A model generated the notes under the pieces. The model worked only from the letters and a program-made list of their open reading frames with translations. It ran no database searches and was not told where the DNA came from. From positions 11,378,741 to 11,442,740 of the forward strand of contig OZ037768.1 in NCBI GenBank assembly GCA_964035545.1: DNA of 64,000 nucleotides, written 5' to 3'. Positions 15,255-42,608 of the stretch are shown one piece after another. The position numbers and the translations under genes are program-made. The stretch comes from Bugula neritina (Eukaryota > Animalia > Bryozoa). Position 1 is the first letter of the stretch, and every line of letters begins with the position of its first letter.

Positions 15255-18200
15255 TCATTGACCTTCGTGTTCTATGACAGCTGCTGCTCCCATACCAGAT
15301 CCAATACACATAGAGACCACACCAAAACCTCTGAAACAGTATAATCAACAAAAAAATTACAATTTGCAATGATTATCAACAGTCACTGCATCAACAAAAC
15401 CATCCCATAGCAAGAAAATAAAACTAAATATGCGCTACAAAACACACCTATTCTTTCTACGCTTCAATTCATGTATCAAGGTGGCAACTTGTCTGGCACC
15501 AGTACAACCGAGGGGATGTCCCAAAGCTATTGCACCTCCATTTGGATTAACTTTCTCCATAGGAATTTTCAACTTTCTCACACAATATGAAGCTTGGCTG
15601 GCAAACGCTTCATTTATCTCATATATGTCAATATCATCTGCATTCAAGCCTAAAATTTTAAATTTGTAAAAGCTACAACCTCTCATGCATTGCGATAGTA
15701 CAGTGGTAATTGTAGAGCTATATAATATGTTTGTAAGACTAATCTCTCTATTGTCACCTTTACGGTAATCTAGAGCTGCATTTTTCATTAATAACTCTGT
15801 ATTGTTAGACTAAAGTTTGGTCAGCCATACAACAAAATTTATTAGTTGGTAAGTCTTGTTTGAAACTTTTCCGAATTTTTATAATATTTTTATAACAGTT
15901 TCAACAGAGAGATATCTCAGGTTTTTTATATCACCTGAGTGTAACTACATGAAAATTGCTACAGTTGAAGTCAACAACAGCCTCATTTCTTATCACAGAG
16001 CTGAGATTTTTTAGCTTTATCGGTAGCTGCTGAATATTTCTTCCTCTCCCTTCATTATAAGAAGAAAAATCCTTTTTGAACTAGTAATGGACATTATTTT
16101 AAGGAGTTGTCTTTCCATTGGTGGCTCGATAACATATTAGGATAATTAGGGGTATGCAACTGATACAATATGCAATGATCAAATAGAATTTGCTGGGTTT
16201 TACCAGATTTCATTGGGGAATTTTATGGAAATCCCAAAGTACACTGTATAAAATTTAAATTATTACAACAATTTTCAACTTTCCCACACAACTAAAACTT
16301 GGCTTTTATTTTTTTCTAAATCATAGTAAAATGCACAGCTCACAAGGATAAATTTATCACCTGCATTCCTCAACGCAGCAGGTATTGCTTCAGCCGGCCC
16401 TACTCCCATTATATCTGGCTTTACTCCGACTACCTTGAAACCACGTATAACACCCAGGACAGGAACTTGAAGTCTGTTGGCAACAGAGCGTCTCATCAAC
16501 AAGACAGCTGCAGCACCATCACTAACCTGACTTGAATTTCCTGTGAAAAATTGCATGCTACCTTTTAAATAAAACAAATATAATTTGAATACATAAACAT
16601 ACATAGTTTTTTCATTGAGATTACAAATTGCAAACTTAAAATGATTGTGAATAAATCCCATTAAAGTATCAAGAGCCAAGTTGCATACTTACTTTGAGTG
16701 TACTAGATTGATTTATTATTAGGGAAAAACGAACACCATTGGAATTGTTTTCAATTCAAGTTTTTCTTTAATATAGAAAAAAGGGCTAACATAACACAAA
16801 CAATAATAACAATGCCAAAAATGTGGTTTAGAATCAACTAATAAAAATATAAAAATACCAGCAGTTGTAGAGCCTCCTTCTTGAAACGCTGGTCGGAGTT
16901 TTGCCAAACCTTCCACAGTTGTATCTGGTCTTATGCCCTCGTCCACAGATACCTATGAGTACAACAGAAATTATATCATTGTCATTGGAATATTTCGTGC
17001 TGTGTTGCAACTTCATACTCGGCAAAAAACTTGCTTTGTATCCAACTATTCCTAAGAGCAACCAGAAAATCAGGAAACCCTTGCTTGAATTACTTCTGAC
17101 AGGCCATGCTTATATACCAAATACTGAGTTTGATTATTGTCATGTAGCTGCACCCTTTGTATTATACCTGAACACAGCAGTATCTGGGATGCAAACAAAC
17201 ACCACAAAAATCGGTCTGAGTCCACCTTATCCGCAAAATAAAGTAAATTAATGATTTGATACATGCATGGGTACATGATACATGAGTCTGATTACACCTA
17301 GTTATATCCAAATAAAGTGAAATTAATAAGTTGATACTTACAGTTATAGTTGAAGTATTATCTTCCTTGTCAGTGAATTTTGTTACTACAGGAACAATTT
17401 CTTCTTTAAACTTCCCACTTTTTGCAGCGGCATGAGCTCTGAATAGAATACAGGTCAGAAGTTCACTATCGTTATAAGCAGTTATTACAGGTTCTGCAAC
17501 CGTGACAAATATTGCAACAACTTAAAATGGTTAAGTGCATTTGCAGTGTATATTAAAACTTGAAAAATCACATCTTTGATCTTGCCTAAAGCATGCTTTT
17601 ACCTCTACAGTAAGATTTACCACTGGTAGCATCCTGCACTTGAATGGTTACTAAATAAATTATGAACTCTATACTATACTTCAACAATTCTCTCATACTA
17701 CATATAAACATACATAATAAACAAATGATATCAACATGTGACGCCTTCTACAAAGTGATGGTGCTATCAGCTAGTGTTGACAACTTCTCATCAAACTCTA
17801 AGATGCGGAATAAAGCAACTTTTAAAAAAGTTTCAAAAAATAAGAACATGTATACTAGTGCTGCAAAAATGACCACTAACTTAGCGTGTGACTCAACAGA
17901 CATCTTATCCTGAGCCTCCCGTGACACACCAAACCTCTCCGCAACATTCTCAGATGTAATGCCCATTGGTATTGTGCAGTCCATGGCCATTTCACAGTCT
18001 GAAAACTTCTCGTTAAAGTTGCTCATGTCCATATTGAATTCTTTTGATTGATACATACTCATCGATTCTACACTGCAAAATTACATGCGCTTGGCGTGAA
18101 GGCAAAATATCTAAAACTATAAGTAATTTATAACACCCACGCATATTATGTGCATAGTTACTACACTGTAAATTTGATGTTGGATAATTGCCTAGACAGA

Positions 18201-19377
18201 AAGGCAAAAAGCGGTTCTTTTTTCTTATAGATACAAGTTACGTTAAATAAATATCTACATGTTGTAAGTTTACCAGATCACTGTTAGACTTTACATAAAT
18301 ATAAACTAGCAGACCTCCAAAACTAATTGCTAAAATAATAAGAGAACGTTTTATTTTTACCAAAGAAAAACAAATGCAATCAAACATTAATTGATCTAAT
18401 ACCAGTTTGTTAGGAAAAACTAAACAAACAGATTCCTATATATTGGCTATGTCGAACATTAAAAGTTCAGCTTTATACATACAATGCATGAGCAGTTGTT
18501 TTTCAATTAAATAACATATTAAATGCACCTTACCCTGCTCCAATACCAACATCACAGCTCCCCATCTTTATAGCTGCCGTTATGTTGATAATAGCTTGAA
18601 GGCCAGAAGAGCATTGTCTATTGACTGATGACAAACAGGTAGTTTCAGGAAAACCTCTACCAATTCACAAGATAAAAGATTAACACCAACATATGGATGG
18701 CAAAATTAAACAAAAGGAAAATATTAAATAATAAATTCTCGATTATTTGATGAAGCACATAATCTGAGGCCACCCTCATAAATCTGACATTTTCTTTCAA
18801 TATTGTAGAACCCACGCTATAAATTGAGCCATCCGGTTTCTCATCCCACCACAGCTTGGCATTAGGACATTGCCTACACATATATCATTGACTAGAGCCT
18901 TGTCAATGTTTGCATCTTTTACCACTTGATCTAAAACTGGGGCCAGCAAGTCACACGGCAGAGTATCCTAAAAAAATATATAATTTATGACACATAAAAT
19001 TGAAATCGAAGAAAACCTAACATGAAACCTGTAAAAGTTTATTAGGCAAAATACAATCACTGAACTAAAACACTTGTTGCTAAATATTTATTTACTTAAA
19101 TCTTTTCTGTAAATAAAATAGTGAAACGACATAATTTAGACAAAAGTGTACAACAATATTTAAGCACTTCACTTCAAATGCTAAATAAGTAACTCTATAT
19201 ATTAACCTTGAACCCTCCTTTTCGAGCTTTGCAAATTGCAGTTCTTCTGGCACTGACAATCACTACATCATCATCATGTTTTGTCGTTGAAGTGGCATTA
19301 GTTGGATTTTTCTTTATTCCATCTAAATGAGACTTTACAATACCTAGCCTCTGTACTGCAGAATTACCCTGGTTCAT
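15255..19377 (-). CDS. ACAA1: Peroxisomal 3-ketoacyl-CoA thiolase (428 aa), 9 coding exons
   Basis: Exons: 19377-19207, 18967-18816, 18656-18534, 18072-17881, 17438-17342, 16952-16859, 16540-16361, 15649-15448, 15330-15255; 1287 nt, phases consistent, GT-AG. PTS2 RLGIVKSHL, catalytic [20 protein letters not shown] and CIGSGMG motifs. Confidence 0.96.
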
Positions 19378-19719
19378 ACTGAACAGATGCAAACTAAAAT
19401 GGTTAAAATATCTCACTAGTCACTACCTACAACATTTTAGTACATCATTTTGGAACTCAATGCTCTGTACTACACAGTGCCAAATAGAACAATATTGCAC
19501 CTCATCAATGAAGCTTGTCAAGCAGATTCTTGGTAAAGACAGTTAGTATAAAGCAAAGGTTAAATAATAAAAGTTGGCTTTGCAAAAACTAGCCTCAATT
19601 GAATGAAAACATGACAGCTCAAGAATATACTTGGTTGGTAATGGCCTATAAATACATTTACATGATTTCAATAGCATCATTAAAATAATTGAAAGATATT
19701 GGATTACAAGGATTCCATA

Positions 19720-20620
19720 GGGCTAGACTTTGTGGCATAGTGATAGGGCTAAGCATAGCTCATACTCATAGCAATAGATATTTTCGTAATATTAATAAAA
19801 CCATATTTAATTATTAATTACAACTATATACTGTAAGTTTTATTTCAAAAATATTATTGACATAAAATTAGATAGGCTAAATACAAATTGAAACATAATC
19901 ATATAACGATAATTACAATATTTAAAATCTATTACAAATGATTTTGATATTCCTATTTAATTTTACGGAACCATACAAATTCAAGTAGTCATAGCTTTGC
20001 AAGGCCAAGTCCAAGTGTCATATTTAGTTTTACTTATAATTCATAAGTCATAGCTTACAGTTAGAGTTACTGTTAGTCAATGTCATACATAGTCATGTGA
20101 CTGCGTTATCTTCAGAATTTGAATTTTCAAAAGTGAAAAACTAAAAGTCACTTGGCAATGCCAATTGTTCAATAAATTGCTTTAGGAAAAAATCAATCTG
20201 CATGATCCAATATGAATATTAGTAAAATGCATTATAATAATTATAATATTAATTAATACATTATGATTATTCAATTTCATTACCATTTCACTTTCAGTAT
20301 TTGTCATACTCGTCATTCACATTCAGTGATTCACATTGTGATTGTGATGGTGCACAAAGACAATAATACTAATTCTAAACACTCACACTGACAGCGACCA
20401 AGATTCAGATTGAGAGTGAGGCTACTACTACTAGTACTAGTAACTACTAGTACTAGAAATTCTTCTAGTAGTAGTACTAGTAGTATTACTCTATTAGGAG
20501 AATTTCTAGCAAGAAAAATTCATAACTTTGCCGTAGCTTATGAGTGCAGTAACTTGCTTATTAGTATTACGTCAGTATTGCATATGACTTATGGTTACCA
20601 CTTTGAGCGTCAGTAAGTCA
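19720..20620. repeat. Drifting 6-bp-periodic tract (probable ACAA1 5'UTR intron), including an ACT/AGT quasi-palindromic microsatellite at ~20421-20490
   Basis: tacagt tagagt tactgt; ttcact ttcagt; actcac actgac agcgac; caagat tcagat tgagag. Confidence 0.65.
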
Positions 20621-20719
20621 CGAAACTCAACTATGGTTCCAACGAGTGAACTAGTTAACTACTACTAGCAGTAGTCGGTTTCCTACAAATTGCCAAGCTA
20701 ACACGCCCTTCAAACTTAT

Positions 20720-21255
20720 GAGCATACCTTGATCTTTGTGCCAAGGAGATAGCTTGAAGCAGCACTGAGTTGAGAGGTTTTGTGCATTAATTTTAGGGTT
20801 TAGAGTCTGGATAACAATGTCTATGCCAACATTGATTTTAGTAACCCCTAAAGTTGTGCTGTTTCTAGTGATTTGTTACTGAAACTATTTTAGTGATAGT
20901 TTCGGAATCCATGTAATAACAAACACAAATTAAGTCTTATTTTTAGTTTTCTAGTTGTTAATGAGATTGCATTGTGTTTGTAAATTGTATTTTTTATTTA
21001 ACATTTCTTTATTTATACCAGGCTTGCATAATAGAATTATAATTACACCATAGATTTTAATATTTTTATGAATAAATACGATACTGAGTTTTCCAACTTC
21101 CTGTTCCTGGTTGATTGTTTTGCGTAAACTACTGACGACAAATATGCCATTAAATAGTATAATCACTTTATAATGTTATACTTATTAATTATTGTGGCTG
21201 TAATGTCCTTCTGCGTGTAGTATTGTTCAATCATACATTATTTTGTGAAGTGAGT
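20720..21255. promoter_or_regulatory. Probable bidirectional promoter with non-coding first exons of ACAA1 (-) and PKC-delta (+)
   Basis: Both ATG exons are preceded by splice acceptors. Candidate donors: minus AAG|GTATGC at 20727 and plus GAA|GTGAGT at 21250. ACTTCCTG (ETS-like) at ~21096, Inr-like TCACTT at ~21163. Flanked on both sides by hexamer tracts. Confidence 0.45.
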
Positions 21256-21339
21256 GATTAGTTGCTATTTTAGCTTAAAAATGCAGATTGGGCTGTTTTA
21301 AATTTATAAATACGGTGTTGCCTACAGGGTGTAACTCCA

Positions 21340-22250
21340 ACTAATACTATTAGTATTACTAAACCTGTAACTTTTATTTTAACTTTTAAGTTCAAACCGG
21401 AGTTTAGAGTTATACGTATCAGTTGATGTTATGGCTTATGACTCAGACTTAGAGTTAGTCTTATGAGTTATGAATAACTAAACTTAATTAAGTACAACGT
21501 CAACGTAAACATTGTCATTATGATTACTTGAACTTTAACATTAACTTAAACTTCAACTTGTACATCAACTTGAACTTAAATATAGATCAAAGTATAACTA
21601 TAAGTATAAGTAATAAGTATAGTTATAACTTTTCTATAACTCAATAAGTATAAGTATAACTCATTAACTGTCTACTTATCACCAATATAAATATCGCCTA
21701 TAAGTTATAGTTATTCAACATGATGAGGAATATCAATATGAATAGTTGAAGTAATAGTATTAGTTGTGATACTGTCAAGTGGCAATGCCTTAATTTTAAA
21801 GTTTAAATTATAGCATTTTGATTATTATATTTATAATGATACTCATTATGATAATCATGATCTTTTATCAAATTCAATATCTAATAATCATTATGATTTA
21901 AAATTAATAATATGAATATGAACGCTAATTATTGAGTTAGGCTTGGTCATTTATTGTAGAATACCCATGCTGAATCATTACTGTATCAGCAGGTGTAAGA
22001 ATAGTAACTATAACTGATACTAATAAGTAATAAGCATATTTATATTACTTATAGTTATTAATAATAAGTATAACTTATATTAGGTTTTACTTCTACTATT
22101 AGTATTAGTGAATGTAATACTCTATGTCAAATAGTAATAGTATAGCTGGTAATTCTATGCTTAACTTTAGGGTGATTATAACTTAAACCTTAGTGCTATT
22201 ATTTTAAATGTTAATAATAATATAAATATAATGATTGTGATAATAGATTT
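21340..22250. repeat. Drifting 6-bp-periodic tract (probable PKC-delta 5'UTR intron)
   Basis: ttgaac tttaac attaac ttaaac ttcaac ttgtac atcaac ttgaac; ataact ataagt ataagt. Confidence 0.75.
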
Positions 22251-22642
22251 TATTTTTAAAGCGAGGTAGGTATAAATATCAGTATAGTTGAAGTAACAAG
22301 ATTATTCACTCTCTACAGATAAAGTGTTTAGTAATCACAAAATTGACTAAGTAAATGCCTCATTTATAACAGTCTGTTAATGTGTGTATAACAGTGAATC
22401 AGCAACATCGCTGAGTTTTTGTTACTTTAGAATTTTAAGTATTTAAGAAAAAGAATGGAGTTAAATTAAACTTACTGTTAGGGCTACTGCTATATTCATA
22501 ATCATAATGACTGATCGTAAGAGTTGGGGAGTAAACAGTGTCTGTAGGAGTTTATCAACATGGTTTAAATATGAATATTACTGTTTAACCCAGTGTCATT
22601 ATCATACAGAATAGTTTGGTGGTGACCTAATCATAGCCCTTA

Positions 22643-23314
22643 CCCCCTATTCACACTTACCGTACCGTACGCCGTAACAGCAAATTTTAGCGATTTTTGT
22701 TAACATCCGGGATAAATCGTACTCCGGTATACGTTGCGGCGCTGATCAAGCAGTGCTTGATTCAAAAAATCACGGCGGGCTCCTATTGGGTAGAGTTGAT
22801 GTGGTACTAAAATTTAAAGAACATTTTCGCTAGTTTATTTTAATCGCTTATTTTTGATTTAATTTAACCAATTCAAAAGTTTTAAAAGATTAAAAAATCT
22901 TTATCCGGCTTGTTTGAATTAAACTCAGCTTAAAAATCTAGCTTTCCCTAATCACAAAATCGAGCAAACCAAAAACTTAAAACTGATTTGGACGGCTTAA
23001 ATATTCATTATTTAAATTAGTTTGCACAATTATTTTAAAAACGGATATCTTTGAAAGAAAGATTCTTTTCATGTTATTGCTTTTATAATTTAGTAAATAG
23101 CATTTATATAACATCTTTTGATAAGAATGTTGCGACAAATTTGTAAATAATATTCAAAGGCGTTCAAATCACCGCAGACAAGAGTTGGCTTTATTATGAT
23201 TGGTCACAGCTCAACGTCATGCATTATACTTTTACGGCAATGTGTGAACACCCGTTGACAAAATGCAACAGCGTCGCCATTTTATTTTTGCTGTGTGAGT
23301 GTGTGAATGAGGGG
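22643..23314. mobile_element. MITE / non-autonomous DNA transposon, ~670 bp
   Basis: Imperfect TIRs CCCCCTATTCACAC ... GTGTGAATGAGGGG, flanked by TA on both sides (22641-42, 23315-16). Subterminal inverted motif ttcacacttaccgta / tacggcaatgtgtgaa. CpG-richer than the flanks; no ORF. Confidence 0.7.
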
Positions 23315-25140
23315 TAAAAGTGAAGACTATAAGTTACAACATTAACTTTGGCATATTTATTATACTATGATGGTATTTGTAGTGGTTTTATGCATATAGT
23401 TTCACCTAAGTTACTGAGTTTAATGAAGTTGAGCATTACTTTACCTATTGGCTATCACTGTAATTTATAGTATTTTGAATGAATTTAAGTAAAATAAAAA
23501 CTTGAATTAAAATATGATGTCAAAATTAAAAGATTTCTATATCAGAGTTGATCTTTTTGTTAAAAAAAAGTTTTTTTTTTCACTTAATATTTTAGTTATA
23601 GTTACTGGTTTGGTTGTCTTTCACTGCCAACATAAAGTTAAATACACCAATAAAGCAAGTTTTAGCTATGAAGGTAATTTCTGCACTATTATGCTAATCT
23701 TATTGGTTTGGAATTAAACTTAATACATTTTTAAATTTAGTCATTATTTCTATTGATTGTGTGGGTATTACATCTAATACTTATAAGATCTATAGGTCTA
23801 ATATAATAGCAAAGAATTTTTGCACCAGTGATGCCTTTATTTTGTTCTTACATAAAATGGTGCACTTGGAAAACATCAACTTTCGAGCATTAATTTTATT
23901 CCAAACATGTTAATTACCATAAGTTTATTCTTTTCATTATACATCATCAAACTGCAAATAATTCCCTTTGAACTAATAATGTTTAAATAAAAGATATCAT
24001 GAACAAACACAGCCCAATCCTTTCCTTGATTTATCTTCAAAAAATAAACTGATATCAAAATTTGTTGGATTGCTATAAACTTAGAGGGGAATTAAACTGC
24101 TTTGCATTTCTCACAATCAGCACAGACATGGAATTTGTTGGTGGAATAACCTCATGGGGAAAAACTGATATTTTATGTTTTGTGCACGCTGCTGATACAA
24201 GAAAAGCTTTTTCAAATCATACAATTCCCAAGGGCGTTCAGTTCTAAGAGCATATGCTTGTGGAAGTCAGCTTTAAAATAATAAGTGGTTAACCTATTAC
24301 TCAACTTTTGACTCCAATTTAATTGATTATCAATTTTTGCAGATTTATTACAATAGAGCAAGGTCATCATAGAAATACAAGCCAGATACAGATAGATGAG
24401 ATTAATTTTAGACTTGTTGAGTTACTTTTGAGAATTAGTTTGCTGCTCTACATAATTTTATAGCCCGTATTTATATTGGTAAGTGAAATTATGTATATAA
24501 ATATTTATCTAACTTTCTATGTTTTTTACATCAAATTTTGTGTCTTAATACAGAATTTGTCAAGAAGGAAGGCTGTTGTTTCAGAATGTTTCTGTTTTCA
24601 ATAATCTAGTGTCTTGTAAATGAATGTTCAATTCTACATGGTAAGAAACTAAATGTTTTCAGTGGTACTAGCCTACCTAATTATGACTGCTATTTGCACT
24701 CATTTTTTGCTGAGGCATACACTATATTAATTTTGCATGAGCTGGTTGTGGTTATATACTACGATCAACATTTAGTCTGTACCCAGTTTATCAAACAATC
24801 ACTTCCATATTTGTAATTGTGGTTGCATGTATTATATGATAGCATATTGATAGAAAGAAATGGGGGGGGGGAATTTTGCGACATGTTGAAAATATTTCAG
24901 TATACTCTATTTAATATTTAGTTATATTTTAATGAAATAAAACTGTGTATTTGTATTAGCTGGAGTTCTTTACAACTTTTTAATATTTTTTGCTGTTTTG
25001 TCTGACGCTGATATTAGCATTTAAACAAGGTTATGTAAGTGAAACATCGGTTGCTCTTATCTATAAGTTCTACAGGCTATTTTCAAACTGAATAGCCTAT
25101 TATACAAATGATGTTTCTCTCTTCTGTAGAGTTTCTTAGG

Positions 25141-41053
<15,913 letters not shown>

Positions 41054-42608
41054 CACAGTCTTTCCTGTCAGGTATGTTGCTATGGAATACTAGTGCTGAA
41101 ACTGCTGTAAAATATAGTTATGCAACTGCATTGTCTAGTTGCTCATTCTATGACATCTAATAAAGCACTCCTCTTTACATGACACTTTTATAAGACACCT
41201 GCACTGTGTGCCTACTCAGCTTGGCCACTTTTACAGTTCCAACAAGAGATGTAAACAAAGTTGAGCTATTTTTAATGCTGTCAACATTTCTATTTTGGTC
41301 ACTTAGTAGTAATAGGCCTGCATTTTGATTGCTTTGTGTGCATTACACTTGAAAATATAACCAATAATAGTTATTATCAACATTTATAATCAATCGAAGG
41401 AACTCTTAATTTGAGCAGTACGATATTTTGTCATAAACATACCTTCTAGTTTTGTTTATCTTGAAATATTATTACTTCTAATATGATACTTTTCTTGTTA
41501 TTATTTCATGTAATTCTTTGTTTTTTTTTTTATAAGTTTTAAAATGCTTTATATTTGAAGTTCGGAAGTTACAAGTTTACAAGATGGATTAGGCCTAAAG
41601 ACAGCTATAACCACACATTTCTAGTACTTGGACATTGCAGTCTGCATTTAACTGGCTTAAATGTGTGTTGATGTACCTCAATTTAACCTCTTCTACTCTT
41701 GTGAATTTGAATAAGGAGTTAACAATTTTTACTATTAGTATTATATTACTTTCTCCATGATCTAACCAGTTTCTATATTTTACACCAAAATACTAAATCA
41801 TCTAATTAATTTCTATCAATATATAAACTGATTTTAAACTGTAAAGTCAACGAATAAGGCATGATATTAATTTGATATCATTTCCATTATTTTATCTTCT
41901 AGCATTTTTATGAGGATGTTTCACTTTTATTTTCATCATTTATCCTAGTATAACTCTTTTCTGATAGATAATGTGAATCAACAACTAAGATAACTGTAGA
42001 TTATTCACTCTAACCATGTTTGCCAAGGGTAGAGTAGCATATTCCGTTGATAGAGAAATATTATGCCCACAAAAAAACTGATTTTTTTTTTTTTTAGATT
42101 TTATAATTGGAAAACATATTTTGTATTCTTTTATTGCTATATCATTTTACTATCTCGTAACTTTTACATCTTCTTAGTTGGTTTTACAACTAATTTTCCA
42201 GCAGCCTAAAGGTAAATTGTTAATTACTGACAATATGCATTATGAGCCACCATTCCTTTCTTCTGTTATTTTCAAGATTTTTATTAATTAGACTAATATT
42301 CTCTAAATTACACTTAATAATTATTTTGTGAACTGTATTAGTTACAGCTATCTATAACTACTTTCTATATTTGGAAATCAAACTGTGGTGTTGATATTAT
42401 TGACATATATATATATATTATATAGCATATGGTATTGCATCAAATTTTTGTTTCTTAGTTATTTTTATTCACAAAATTTCAATTTTTATACTAGCATAAT
42501 TGACTATATATGCTTGTATTAAAAAGTATAGGTTATCTTTCATCATAAGTAACTCACCAAATAAAAATGATTTAAATAAAGTTAACAATTGCCAACTTTA
42601 GTTTACAA

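Noticed and set aside
41069-41077. Donor-like CAG|GTATGT 18 nt after the PKC-delta stop
   Set aside because: A 3'UTR intron is possible, but no acceptor partner can be singled out.
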